Shown one piece after another: positions 10,193-20,443 of a stretch of DNA of 64,000 nucleotides. The number at the start of each line of letters is the position of its first letter. The first letter of the stretch is position 1. The position numbers were made by a program, and so were the translations under genes. The stretch covers positions 1,111 through 65,110 of the forward strand of contig JAKAZS010000003.1 of NCBI GenBank assembly GCA_021815785.1. Direction: 5' to 3'. The DNA comes from a bacterium (lineage in GTDB: Bacteria; Cyanobacteriota; Vampirovibrionia; Obscuribacterales; JAKAZS01). Below the pieces are notes generated by a model, which ran no database searches, was not told the DNA's origin, and saw only the letters and a list, made by a program, of their open reading frames with translations.

Positions 10193-10294
10193 CTAGTCCT
10201 TGACAAAAGGCTTGCCTCACAATCACATTGACCTTAACTTGTAACAACGTTGTTTAACTAGTCCTTGGCAAAAATTTTAGCGAAACAATCACAT
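10193..10294. promoter_or_regulatory. imperfect ~37-bp direct repeat pair flanking a 12-bp palindrome in the gdh upstream region
   Basis: Both copies share CTAGTCCTTGRCAAAA...ACAATCACAT and start at 10193 and 10258. AACAACGTTGTT lies at 10243-10254 between them. Function is unknown. Confidence 0.3.
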
Positions 10295-10330
10295 AGCCTA
10301 TATTTATGATTAATACAAAGTCAGTATAAC

Positions 10331-10987
10331 TTAAATCTTGACAAGAATTGCAAGGTAAAATTCACTTTCATCTTCAAACAAATCCAGTTTTAAATTATAC
10401 GTTTGGCAAAAGTAATTCAATACAGGCAAATCAGGTAGCGGATAAGGAACAATATGGGGTTCAAATGCATGCAGTTTTTGGACGAATTGGGCTCCCATTG
10501 GATGGCTTATGACAATTTTCCCACCAGGATTAATTAATGTGTAGGCCTTGGCAATGGCAGCATCCTGGTTGAAAATATTGCCAAAACAAGCATTAAAAAA
10601 AATAATATTGAACAAATCATAATTAAAATGAATCAACTCATTATTTAAGTAAAATTTTGACTGATTATTAAAATCCAGGAAGTCACTGTGACAAAAATTA
10701 ACCTGAGGATAATTCTGTCCTGCCTGAACGAGCATACCTAGAGTAAGATCTAAGCCAAGAATATTTTGGGCAAGGATACCAAATTCTAAAAAATGTTCAA
10801 TAAGGACACCCGTTCCCGTTCCTACATCAAGAATTTTATCAGTCGTATTAGTTAAGCTTAAATCAACAATTCTTTTGGTGCGTTCGACAATTTCACCAGG
10901 AATAGCCCTCGTAAATATTTTCACTTTATCATTAAAATATTTAGCCTGAAGTTTTCGGTGTTTAGCTTGAGGGTCAAATTCATTCAT
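10331..10987 (-). CDS. class I SAM-dependent methyltransferase
   Basis: 218 aa. Motif I ILDVGTGTGVL, followed by GLDL and NACFGNIF segments. Substrate not inferable. Confidence 0.75.
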   Translation of the reverse strand: MNEFDPQAKHRKLQAKYFNDKVKIFTRAIPGEIVERTKRIVDLSLTNTTDKILDVGTGTGVLIEHFLEFGILAQNILGLDLTLGMLVQAGQNYPQVNFCHSDFLDFNNQSKFYLNNELIHFNYDLFNIIFFNACFGNIFNQDAAIAKAYTLINPGGKIVISHPMGAQFVQKLHAFEPHIVPYPLPDLPVLNYFCQTYNLKLDLFEDESEFYLAILVKI

Positions 10988-11203
10988 AATACAAAGTTAT
11001 AATTTAAGTAAAAACAATAAAATACCACATCTTGAATTTGCCATTATCGTTAATCTCAATAGTTAAATATATTAATAAGCAAGACGACTAATATGTTTAT
11101 GGCTTAAGTAAATACATTTATTAAAGTTAACGTCATTTAATGGTAAAATATTTCCAAAATTAAATTACTGATAATATCATATCATTACAATAATAAAAAT
11201 TAA

Positions 11204-11998
11204 ATGCCTGACAATAACTTAAGTACAAATTCAACATATTTAAATAAAATCAACAATGTAAGCATTAAAACCAGTTTTTGGCTTGTAACTGTTACCTGTT
11301 TATTACTTTGGAATACGCCAATAGCAGCCACTTTACTTTTACCAGTCAGCTATATTGTAACAATGATCCATGAATTGTCTCATGCCATTGCCTGCATAGC
11401 TACCGGAGGACAGGTTAGTGGGTTAACGATTGTTAGTGATGGGCTGGGTCATGGCGGGCTTACTTTTTGCAGTGGTGGCAATCCCTGGATTTATACTCCG
11501 GCTGGCTATATTGGCACAACCTTAGTTGGCTGCATTCTCCTGTTTTTTTCACAATTTAAACTTATTGCCCGTATACTATTATTCCTTATTGGGGTAAGTG
11601 TAATCTTGGCAGCTTTATTTTTAAGTTCACAATCTATTTTTGCCCCAGGTATGTTAATTCAGGCCATTCAAAGTATTATTGTTGAATTAATCATGGGGGG
11701 AGCCTTTATTTTTTCAAGTATAAAATTAAATGATAAAATGGCTAATCTACTGCTAATGTTTTTATGTATACAAATTATTTTAAATAGTTTCACCGATTTA
11801 ACCGTCTTATTTCAAATTTCGACTTTTACCAATACCAATACCTTTAGCGATGCCACCAATATGGCAAAAATTTCTGGTATTAGTCCAGCTTTCTGGAGTA
11901 TAATCTGGGCTCTTATTTCCATAATCACTTTATGGCTTACCCTTAAAATAAGTTATTTAAAATCCCCTAAACCGAAAATCACCACCACCAAACATTAA
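11204..11998 (+). CDS. M50B-like integral membrane metallopeptidase family protein
   Basis: 264 aa, multi-TM. HELSHAIA (HExxH) sits within a TM-proximal segment, as in the Peptidase_M50B-like family. Confidence 0.6.
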   Translation: MPDNNLSTNSTYLNKINNVSIKTSFWLVTVTCLLLWNTPIAATLLLPVSYIVTMIHELSHAIACIATGGQVSGLTIVSDGLGHGGLTFCSGGNPWIYTPAGYIGTTLVGCILLFFSQFKLIARILLFLIGVSVILAALFLSSQSIFAPGMLIQAIQSIIVELIMGGAFIFSSIKLNDKMANLLLMFLCIQIILNSFTDLTVLFQISTFTNTNTFSDATNMAKISGISPAFWSIIWALISIITLWLTLKISYLKSPKPKITTTKH

Positions 11999-12123
11999 AA
12001 AAATACTTTCAAAATTGTCAATATTGGCGACCAACATAAAATATATGACTAAAATAAAAGCACTAACTTCCTCCAAACTTTGCTAATTACGTAAAACATC
12101 AACACATTCGTTTACTAAAATCT

Positions 12124-13179
12124 ATGTTTACAATTCCTCAATTTACCACTCCTTTAATTGAATGTATTCCTAATTTTAGTGAAGGCCGCAATTTAAATTT
12201 TATTGATTCTTTAATTAAAAACCTCAAAAAAATTGATACTATTCATATTCTTGATACCAATTCATCCTACTATGCTAATCGTAGTGTAATTACCTTTATT
12301 GGTCATCCAGTTAAAATAAGTGAAGCTATTTATGAATGTTATAAAACTGCCACCACTTTAATTGATATGCGCAATCATTCTGGCATTCATCCACGTCTTG
12401 GCGCCCTAGATGTCTGTCCTATTGTACCTCTTTCCCAAGTTACCTACCAGGACTGTCAACATATCATAAGTGAAATAAGTCCAATAATTGCCAATGATTT
12501 TCAAATTCCCTTATTTTGCTATAATTTATCAGCCTTAAATTTAGCAAATAGATATATTGCGCCCATTCGTAAAGGTGGCTACGAAAGTTTAGCGGCACGT
12601 TTAAATAAAGAAATTTTTCCGGATTATGGAGCTAAGTTTTATAATGCTAAATTTGGAGCTGGTTTTATTGGGGTTCGTCCACCACTTATAGCCTATAATG
12701 TAAATTTAGCTACAAATAATACCACTACAATTAAAAATATAGCCCGACATCTACGCCTAGCGCGTGACAAGCCTAAAATAAAAATAGGCAATCACGCTGA
12801 CCTTAATTTAATCAATAATCTTAGCACTAATTTTAGTCTCAATGGGCTACAGGCCTATGGTTGGAATAGTAATAATTTCAGCCAGATTGCCATGAATATT
12901 ACCGATTATAAATTAACAACGCCTTATACAGCTTACGAAGCAGTGAGAATGGCCGCTAACCATTTTCAGGTTAAAACCGGAAATGCCGAACTGGTTGGTT
13001 TAATACCTATGGAAGCAGTTTATCTTAGCCTATCGCCCAACAATGTAACAAGGATCAGTGAAGCCAATCAGTTTAGTCGCATTGACGAAGGTATAAAAGC
13101 TCTTAATTTAGATCCAAAGTTAACAGCTGAACAATTAATTCTTGAATATAAAATTAAGAATGCTTTAAATGCAAATTAA
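12124..13179 (+). CDS. glutamate formimidoyltransferase (formiminotransferase domain protein)
   Basis: 351 aa. The N-terminal IECIPNFSEGRN matches the conserved ECVPNFSEGR signature. HPRLGALDVCP also fits. Confidence 0.8.
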   Translation: MFTIPQFTTPLIECIPNFSEGRNLNFIDSLIKNLKKIDTIHILDTNSSYYANRSVITFIGHPVKISEAIYECYKTATTLIDMRNHSGIHPRLGALDVCPIVPLSQVTYQDCQHIISEISPIIANDFQIPLFCYNLSALNLANRYIAPIRKGGYESLAARLNKEIFPDYGAKFYNAKFGAGFIGVRPPLIAYNVNLATNNTTTIKNIARHLRLARDKPKIKIGNHADLNLINNLSTNFSLNGLQAYGWNSNNFSQIAMNITDYKLTTPYTAYEAVRMAANHFQVKTGNAELVGLIPMEAVYLSLSPNNVTRISEANQFSRIDEGIKALNLDPKLTAEQLILEYKIKNALNAN

Positions 13180-13205
13180 ACTATAATCCAACTTATTAAA
13201 CGAAA

Positions 13206-13298
<93 letters not shown>

Positions 13299-13623
13299 AA
13301 GAATTATCATAATAATCAGTTTGACTATTTGTTTATTATAACAAAATAAATCGCAACATGACAACAAGCAACCGTGAAATTTAATTAATAATTTAACAAA
13401 TTATCGCCCAATCTATCACTTGAGAACTTGCACGGATCGATTATTAATGAAACAACCAATTTTTAATTAACCAGTATATCGATTCCGTAATAACGCAGCA
13501 TTCAAATTAAAACATCAAAACGCCGCCATTATCTTTCATATACTGATTTATTGTAGCCTTAAATTGAAAACGCAATACTAAGCAATTTAACTAAAACTGT
13601 CAAAGTCCTAGGACTAAACCAAA

Positions 13624-14529
13624 TCACCAATGGTGTAAAATCAATAAACTAATCCAGTAATAGGCAATTGCTCCACCAAAAATCACACTATCGCCCCTAT
13701 CTAACAAACCACCATGTCCAGGAATAATTTCGGAAGAATTTTTAACGCCAGCATCGCGCTTAAGCAAAGATTCACAAAGATCGCCAAGCTGGGCTGCCAC
13801 TGAAACTAAAATGCCCATAAACGGAGCCTGTAAAGTTTGAAAGTTAAACGGATGACATTTAAACAAATAATAATCCGCAACATAAAAAACCAAGGTATTA
13901 AAAAATATGGCCGCAAGCAATCCCCCCACAGAGCCTTCAATAGTTTTTTTAGGGGATACTTGAGGGTAAAGCAAAGTTTTACCTAATAATTTTCCTGCAT
14001 AATAGGCAAAAACATCGGTAGCCCAAATTGTAAACATACAAGCCCATAAATAAGCTACACCTGGCTGTTCCCAGGCAATTGTCGGCAAGCTTAAATTTTG
14101 GGGACATAAATTACGCAATAAAATCAAATGACAGGGTAAAAAGCCTAAATAAATAAAACCCAAGATAGTTGTAGCAATATCCGCGATCGTTGCTGGCGGG
14201 TGCTCATTGCGAAACAATAAACGAAAGAAGGATAAACAGATACCTACAGTTAGTAAAATCGGAAAATGAGCTAGAGCCGAAAAATTCTGTAAAGCGGGGA
14301 TGCCTAAACCAGGCAAAGATGCTGTTAGCATAAAGGCAACAATCATAACTTTAACAATTCTAACACTAGGCCTGGTTCCTTTAGCCTTAACCAAGTTAAT
14401 ATATTCAACCCCAGCCAAATAACAGGCTAGTCCTAAGGTAAAAGCTAAAAATACGCCACCAAAAATAAAACAAAATACGCCCGTTAAAAATAAAAGAAAA
14501 CCTGATAATATCCTCATTTTATTTTTCAT
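13624..14529 (-). CDS. cdsA: phosphatidate cytidylyltransferase (CDP-diglyceride synthase)
   Basis: 301 aa, polytopic. C-terminal signature SLLKRDAGVKNSSEIIPGHGGLLDRGDS. Confidence 0.9.
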   Translation of the reverse strand: MKNKMRILSGFLLFLTGVFCFIFGGVFLAFTLGLACYLAGVEYINLVKAKGTRPSVRIVKVMIVAFMLTASLPGLGIPALQNFSALAHFPILLTVGICLSFFRLLFRNEHPPATIADIATTILGFIYLGFLPCHLILLRNLCPQNLSLPTIAWEQPGVAYLWACMFTIWATDVFAYYAGKLLGKTLLYPQVSPKKTIEGSVGGLLAAIFFNTLVFYVADYYLFKCHPFNFQTLQAPFMGILVSVAAQLGDLCESLLKRDAGVKNSSEIIPGHGGLLDRGDSVIFGGAIAYYWISLLILHHW

Positions 14530-14677
14530 TTTGGTGATTTGTTACCTAAAGAAATTACCTAAATTAAATCTTAGCGATCATGCCTAAAATCTTTAACCGC
14601 ACCCGTTATTATCAATAAGTTTTTGGACATTTGGACTTTTCATAATTTATCCTTTTACTACCTTTAAACTAAAAAAA

Positions 14678-15757
14678 TTACAAAATATGCTCGTAAGCCA
14701 ATTTAGTAGCTGTGCGACCTCTAGGCGTTCGTATTAAAAAACCAGCCTGAATAAGATAAGGTTCACATACCGTTTGCAAAGTCTGGATATCTTCACCCAG
14801 CACTTGAGCAATTGCCTCAATACCAACAGGTCCACCTTTAAAATTCTGAATCAAAATTTTTAAAAATTTCCTATCAGTATCGTCTAGTCCATATTCATCA
14901 ACCTTATAATGGCTTAATGCCAAGTTAACCAAATCTTTGTCAATTAAATTCTGGTTTAATTCCTGACTAAAATCACGCACCATTTTAATTAACCTTATCG
15001 CAATACGTGGGGTGCCGCGAGCTCGTTTAGCTATATCCAGACAGGCAGCATTATCAATTTTAACTTTTAAAATTAAGCTAGCTCGGTCCACAATTTTACT
15101 TAATTCTTCAGTGTTATAAAAATCTAAACGAAACGAAAAAACAAATCTATCCCGTAACGCCTTACATAAATTAAAAACTCTGGTAGTTGCACCAATAAGA
15201 GTAAATTTTGGTAATGGCAATTTTATACTTCTAGTTGTTTGTCCTTTGCCGGTTGTTAAAGTTAAACAAAAATCTTCCATTGCCTCATAAAGCAATTCTT
15301 CGGCTGTTTTAGATAAGCCATGAATTTCATCAATAAAAAGAATATCATTTGGGCCAAGTTGACATAACAGACCTAAAATATCTTTTGGGCGCTCTAACGA
15401 TTTAGCCGATGTGGCAAAACATTTAGAGCCTAATTCATTAGCCATTACAAAGGCTAAACTAGTTTTACCAAGCCCAGGAGGTCCATAAAATAAGACATGA
15501 TCAAGGGCTTCATTTCTGACCTTAGCAGCCTTAATTGAAGTCTGTAAAACTTTAACCACACTGCTTTGGCCTAAATATTGCGAAAAATCACTAGGTCGAA
15601 TATGGTCAACTTTGACTGTATTGGTTGCTAAACTTTCATTATTTACAATATTACGATCTTTACTTGACCCAACCGCTAAAGTTAAATTATTTTCAGTATT
15701 GTTACCTGAAACTGAATTAGATTTAATATTGCCAGCTTTAGAAGGAATAATTGTCAT
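14678..15757 (-). CDS. ruvB: Holliday junction branch-migration helicase RuvB
   Basis: 359 aa. Walker A GPPGLGKTSLA, Walker B LFIDEIH, RGTPRIAIRL sensor region. Carries a ~45-aa N/S-rich N-terminal extension. Confidence 0.95.
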   Translation of the reverse strand: MTIIPSKAGNIKSNSVSGNNTENNLTLAVGSSKDRNIVNNESLATNTVKVDHIRPSDFSQYLGQSSVVKVLQTSIKAAKVRNEALDHVLFYGPPGLGKTSLAFVMANELGSKCFATSAKSLERPKDILGLLCQLGPNDILFIDEIHGLSKTAEELLYEAMEDFCLTLTTGKGQTTRSIKLPLPKFTLIGATTRVFNLCKALRDRFVFSFRLDFYNTEELSKIVDRASLILKVKIDNAACLDIAKRARGTPRIAIRLIKMVRDFSQELNQNLIDKDLVNLALSHYKVDEYGLDDTDRKFLKILIQNFKGGPVGIEAIAQVLGEDIQTLQTVCEPYLIQAGFLIRTPRGRTATKLAYEHIL

Positions 15758-15819
15758 AATTATTATCTTAAAGCCTTAAGGCAAATTTAGCTAGTAATTT
15801 ATCGACCATATTTAATGAC

Positions 15820-15860
15820 AAAAAGTTAAGCTTTACAACTGTAAAGCTTAACTTTTTTTA
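15820..15860. terminator. strong intrinsic-terminator-like hairpin between divergent ruvB and GT2 genes
   Basis: AAAAA-GTTAAGCTTTAC-aact-GTAAAGCTTAAC-TTTTTTT. A 12-bp perfect stem and 4-nt loop, with a T7 run on plus and T5 on minus. Confidence 0.6.
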
Positions 15861-15961
15861 CTTGCATTAATCAAGGAATCTATTCATAATAATTATGTTG
15901 TCAATTGCAATTAATTTTCCTTTCTGATATTTTAATTGAATATAATTTTACGAGGGTTTTT

Positions 15962-17014
15962 ATGGTAAGTTCAAAATTTGATTATTTAAATAGTCAAAAT
16001 CATCTATTAAACGGTAATGATGACTATAAAGGTTTTAATCCGACTAAACCAACGATAAATATATCCGTTATCCTACCGGTATACAATGAGTATCCGAATA
16101 TTGACAACCTCTACGTGAGGCTAAAAGAAGCTTTAAATGCCCTAAATCAAAGTTATGAAATTATTTTTGTCGATGACGGATCCAACGATAAATCATTTGA
16201 AAAGCTTAACGCTATTGCCCAAATCGATCCCGGTGTAACGGTTTTACAATTTGTCCGCAATTTTGGTCAAACCGCAGCCTTATCAGCTGGTATTGACTTT
16301 TCTAAAGGCGAAATAATTATTCCCATGGACGCTGACTTACAAAATGACCCTCAAGATATCGGTAAACTTATAGATAAACTAAATGAAGGCTATGATGTAG
16401 TAAGTGGCTGGCGGAAACAACGTCAAGATGAATTTATCACCAGACTTATTCCATCATGGTGCGCCAATAAAATCATCTCCGTTATCAGTGGAGTTAACCT
16501 CCATGATTATGGCTGTTCATTAAAAGCTTATCGTAAAGAAGTTATTAAAGAAGTAAAACTCTATGGCGAAATGCATCGCTTTGTTCCCATATATGCTAGT
16601 TGGATGGGAGCACGCGTTACTGAAATACCGGTAACTCATCATGCCAGGGTTTTTGGTGTTTCCAAATATGGCCTATCGCGAACATTTAAAGTAGTACTTG
16701 ATTTAATGACCGTTAAATTTTTATCCAGTTATTCAACTAAGCCCATATATATATTTGGTTCAGCTGGCTTGTTATCAGTTTTAGCCTCGTTTATGACTTT
16801 TGGCTGGATGGTAATTTTAAAATTATTCTATAATACCAGTTTTATTGAAACACCATTGCCAGTTTTAACCGCCATGTTTTTTATGGTTGGCGTACAGCTG
16901 GTATTAATGGGCTTACTAGCTGAAATTCTGGTAAGAACGTATCATGAATCACAAGGTAAGTCTATATATATTTTAAGAAAAATGGTTAAATCTGAAAATT
17001 ATCAAGTAAAGTAA
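15962..17014 (+). CDS. family 2 glycosyltransferase (polyprenyl-phosphate sugar transferase type, with C-terminal TM helices)
   Basis: ISVILPVYNEYPNI, FVDDGSND and PMDADLQNDP (DxD) motifs, with two C-terminal TM helices. ATG 15962 is preferred over the track's TTG 15905 because GAGGG lies ~8 nt upstream of 15962. Confidence 0.85.
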   Translation: MVSSKFDYLNSQNHLLNGNDDYKGFNPTKPTINISVILPVYNEYPNIDNLYVRLKEALNALNQSYEIIFVDDGSNDKSFEKLNAIAQIDPGVTVLQFVRNFGQTAALSAGIDFSKGEIIIPMDADLQNDPQDIGKLIDKLNEGYDVVSGWRKQRQDEFITRLIPSWCANKIISVISGVNLHDYGCSLKAYRKEVIKEVKLYGEMHRFVPIYASWMGARVTEIPVTHHARVFGVSKYGLSRTFKVVLDLMTVKFLSSYSTKPIYIFGSAGLLSVLASFMTFGWMVILKLFYNTSFIETPLPVLTAMFFMVGVQLVLMGLLAEILVRTYHESQGKSIYILRKMVKSENYQVK

Positions 17015-17149
17015 TAATTTTTGGTATATTAATTTAAGTAGAAGTGTAATTATATTGTTAGTGATTTATAAAATAATAATATTTTTTAATGAAATGAAAT
17101 TAAGTATTTTTTAATATCCTTTTAAATATCTTTTAGTAAACTTGAATTA

Positions 17150-19369
17150 ATGGAAATAAACCAGCCCAATTCAGCAAAAGTCGTAAGCCACAGCCATTCT
17201 GGCTTGTTTTGGTGTTTAATTATTGCTACTGGGCTTATTTTCACAATTTTATCTTCCTTTATTCCTTATTTATGGAAAACCGAATATCAAGTTGGTGATA
17301 TTGCCAAAAAAAATATTATTGCTGATAAAACTGTAACAATTATTGATAAAGTCAAAACGCATAGTTTAAGGGATGCTGCCCGTCAAAAAGTTATTCCGGT
17401 TTTTAAAACCAACAAAGATAATGATACCATATCCTCCACCAAATTAACCAAAAAGATCAACGATATTGAAACTTTACAAGCCAACAATATCAAACCATTA
17501 CCTGATAAATTAAATTTAAATGGCTTTAAACACTTTCAATTATTATTAATGAGTGATAAAGAATTAAATGACTTTCTGGCTAAATTTACCAATAATAAAG
17601 CCAGTCAGATTAAAGCCATACTTACAATAATTAACCAGGAAAAAGCTTACCTCAAAAAGAATCATTTCGATGACATTGAAATTTTAATTGCCTTAAATGT
17701 TACCCCTAAACAATTACCAAATTTTAAAACCGAATTAACCAATTCAATGGAACGAATTCTGGACTGTTTGCAAAGATTTCCCGTAGAGAAGAAAAATGTT
17801 TGGGAAAAACCTATTATTGAATTCTTACCCGATAACTGGCAAATGAATCTACGCTATCAATGTGCTAAATTAATCAGTGAAATCCTAGAACCTAATTTTT
17901 CCGTTGATGAAGCTAAGACCAAAACCTTATGTGAAACAGCTGCAGCTCAAATACCTGAAGTCTATATTACGGTCAATAAAGACCAAGTTGTGGTGAAAAA
18001 AGGTAGTATCATATCTAATGAAGACCTTAAAATAATTAAGGCGATAAGCGGAGAGACCCTTAAATTCTGGCCATATTTGTTTGTAATTAGCTTAACGACT
18101 TTTGCAACATTTTTATTTTGTGGTTTATACATAATTACCTTTGAACCCAAATTAATTAACCAGAAATCCTCAATTGGACTTATTTTAACCATGGTAGTTC
18201 TCACTATGGCCATAGCTGGCATCATGAGTCATAAGCTCTTTGAATTCATACCTTTACCTGCTTTAAGCCTTATTTTAACCATATTTTTTGGTCGTAACTT
18301 AGCGAGTATTATTACATTACCGATTATAATCTTGTTATTCTGTGGCCAAATTCTTGAACCAGGAGTACTTACCAGTCTTGGCCTAGCCAGTTATGCCGCA
18401 ATTATTTTTTATAATAAACAAAATCGCAATTCTCTGGCTGTAACTGGTCTTATTATTGGACTGGTTCAGGGTTCAACTTTTATCCTCTTTTTAGCTTTAA
18501 CTGAACCCATTTTTTCCTTACCATATTTATTTAACGAATTTTTAGCCAATTTTTTTGGCGGTCTTATTTCCAGTATTTTAGCTGTTGGCAGTTTACCTTT
18601 TCTTGAACATCTGTTTGGACTATTGACTCCAGATAGACTAGCTCAATTAGTTGAATCCGACCAACCTTTACTGCGCAAATTAGAAGAGTTAGCACCCGGA
18701 ACCTATCAGCATTCTTTAGCTGTAGCCAATTTAGCCGAAGCTGGAGCTGCTGCAATCGATGGTGATGTAAATTTAGCCAGAGCCGGAGCCCTTTATCATG
18801 ATATTGGCAAAATGGTAAAAGCTGAATATTTCATTGAAAATCAGTTAGGCAGTGCTAACCCCCATGACAGTCTAGAACCAGAACAAAGCCGAGAAAAAGT
18901 GCTCGCCCATGTAACTGATGGGGTTAAATTAGCCATCAAATATCGAATACCTAAAGCTGTTCAAGATTTTATTCCCATGCATCAAGGCACCAGCCTAATG
19001 GCTTACTTTTATCATAAAGCCTGTGTCCGTGATGGCGAAGCTAAAATTGACGCCAATTTTTATCGTTACCCTGGCCCTAAACCAAATACTAAAGAAACCG
19101 CAATTGTCATGATGGCTGATGTATCCGAAGCTGCAACCCATTCATTAAAAAATCCAACCGAAGAAGAAGTCAAAGAAGTAATCTCGGGAGTTTTCAAGAA
19201 TAGACTCGAAGACGGTCAGTTTACCGATAGTAGTTTATCGCTAGAAGAATTAACGAAAATTGAAAATGCTTTTGTGCGAGTTTGGCGCACCTTACACCAT
19301 GATCGGTTAAAATATCCATCAACTTCAACCGGGAAAATGGCAATTTATAAAACAAATAATAATTCATAG
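17150..19369 (+). CDS. 7TM-receptor HD-domain phosphohydrolase (PgpH/YqfF-like)
   Basis: 739 aa. N-terminal extracytoplasmic domain, about 7 TM helices, and a C-terminal HD domain (YQHSLAVANLAE...LYHDIGK). Confidence 0.85.
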   Translation: MEINQPNSAKVVSHSHSGLFWCLIIATGLIFTILSSFIPYLWKTEYQVGDIAKKNIIADKTVTIIDKVKTHSLRDAARQKVIPVFKTNKDNDTISSTKLTKKINDIETLQANNIKPLPDKLNLNGFKHFQLLLMSDKELNDFLAKFTNNKASQIKAILTIINQEKAYLKKNHFDDIEILIALNVTPKQLPNFKTELTNSMERILDCLQRFPVEKKNVWEKPIIEFLPDNWQMNLRYQCAKLISEILEPNFSVDEAKTKTLCETAAAQIPEVYITVNKDQVVVKKGSIISNEDLKIIKAISGETLKFWPYLFVISLTTFATFLFCGLYIITFEPKLINQKSSIGLILTMVVLTMAIAGIMSHKLFEFIPLPALSLILTIFFGRNLASIITLPIIILLFCGQILEPGVLTSLGLASYAAIIFYNKQNRNSLAVTGLIIGLVQGSTFILFLALTEPIFSLPYLFNEFLANFFGGLISSILAVGSLPFLEHLFGLLTPDRLAQLVESDQPLLRKLEELAPGTYQHSLAVANLAEAGAAAIDGDVNLARAGALYHDIGKMVKAEYFIENQLGSANPHDSLEPEQSREKVLAHVTDGVKLAIKYRIPKAVQDFIPMHQGTSLMAYFYHKACVRDGEAKIDANFYRYPGPKPNTKETAIVMMADVSEAATHSLKNPTEEEVKEVISGVFKNRLEDGQFTDSSLSLEELTKIENAFVRVWRTLHHDRLKYPSTSTGKMAIYKTNNNS

Positions 19370-19425
19370 TAAAATAATAATAAATTTCCTATTTTAATTT
19401 ATTTTGTCAAAGGGGTTGTAAACAA

Positions 19426-19905
19426 GTGAATATTATCCGCGAAAAAATCCTTAACGGAAACCAGGCTCTTTCTCAAATTATTAGCCAATTCTTACCTCAG
19501 TTAAGAGGGAAGATTAATGACGCTAATTTAATGTGGTTAGCCTGTGAATTACAAGGTTTTCAAAATACGCTTACCTATTATAAAAATGGCGATCCCAGCC
19601 TGCCCCCTTTTCGCACGGTAGCCGGAATCTTACGGGTTGTCAACTCAAATGCCGAATATGCTCCCCTTAATCATCCTTTTGCCCAACGCACCCATTTTTT
19701 TATTAGCTCCCCATTATCCTGGATTGAAGAAGCTATACAACAGCAACAAGGTGACTATGTCTTAGTTGAACTGCCTGATTTAACGACAATGTTTAAATTA
19801 CCGAATCAAATCGTTGTCTGCGAATGTACTAAAGCAGAATTGTCAAAAATTTTATACAATGTAAGATTAAAGTTTCTGGATTTAGCTGATGAAGTTGTAA
19901 AATAA
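19426..19905 (+). CDS. hypothetical protein (GTG start)
   Basis: 159-aa ORF between the pgpH-like gene and fabZ. No family recognised with confidence. See the finding on a weak AbiTii-like motif pattern. Confidence 0.55.
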   Translation: MNIIREKILNGNQALSQIISQFLPQLRGKINDANLMWLACELQGFQNTLTYYKNGDPSLPPFRTVAGILRVVNSNAEYAPLNHPFAQRTHFFISSPLSWIEEAIQQQQGDYVLVELPDLTTMFKLPNQIVVCECTKAELSKILYNVRLKFLDLADEVVK

Positions 19906-19974
19906 AGACTTAATGGTTCCCATCAAAAATAAACTATTAACTTAGGCCAAATATTACCTTAACTAGGAGAAAAA

Positions 19975-20439
19975 ATGTCGAATATTTTAGCAGAAAAATA
20001 TATGAATATTAATGAAATCAAAGAATTAATTCCTCATCGCTATCCATTTTTACTTATTGACAGGGTAACTTATATTGAACCAGGCTTAAAAGGTAAAGGC
20101 TATAAAAATTTAACCGCCAATGAACCATTTTTTCAGGGTCATTTTCCCGATCGCCCCATTATGCCAGGGGTACTAATGATTGAAGCTTTGGCTCAATTGG
20201 GTTGTGTGGCAATTTTGTCAAAAGATGAATTTAAAGGAAAAATTGGTGTATTTTCGGGTATTGATGGCTTTAAATTCCGCGCCATGGTAACACCTGGAGA
20301 TAGACTCGACATGGAAGTAGAATTAATTAGAATGAAAGGCCCCCTTGGCAAAATGTCAGCCAAAGCCTATGTTGGCGACAAATTGGCTTGTGAAGGTGAA
20401 ATTAGTTTTACCATGATAACTAAAGAACAGTTAAAATAA
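19975..20439 (+). CDS. fabZ: 3-hydroxyacyl-ACP dehydratase FabZ
   Basis: 154 aa. LIPHRYPFLLIDRV and FFQGHFPDRPIMPGVLMIEALAQ. Confidence 0.95.
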   Translation: MSNILAEKYMNINEIKELIPHRYPFLLIDRVTYIEPGLKGKGYKNLTANEPFFQGHFPDRPIMPGVLMIEALAQLGCVAILSKDEFKGKIGVFSGIDGFKFRAMVTPGDRLDMEVELIRMKGPLGKMSAKAYVGDKLACEGEISFTMITKEQLK

Positions 20440-20443
20440 TTTT

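Noticed and set aside
13598-13615. TGTCAAAGTCC, an exact 11-nt match to the candidate IS right-end repeat, overlapping the palindrome AGTCCTAGGACT just downstream of cdsA
   Set aside because: It could be a solo IS end or a MITE footprint. However, a single 11-mer match in 64 kb of AT-rich DNA is within reach of chance, and no second end or target duplication is visible.
15905-15961. TTG start at 15905 for the GT2 gene, as given in the track
   Set aside because: The extra 19 residues (QLIFLSDILIEYNFTRVF) are not GT2-like. ATG 15962 has a GAGGG Shine-Dalgarno-like sequence at the correct spacing.
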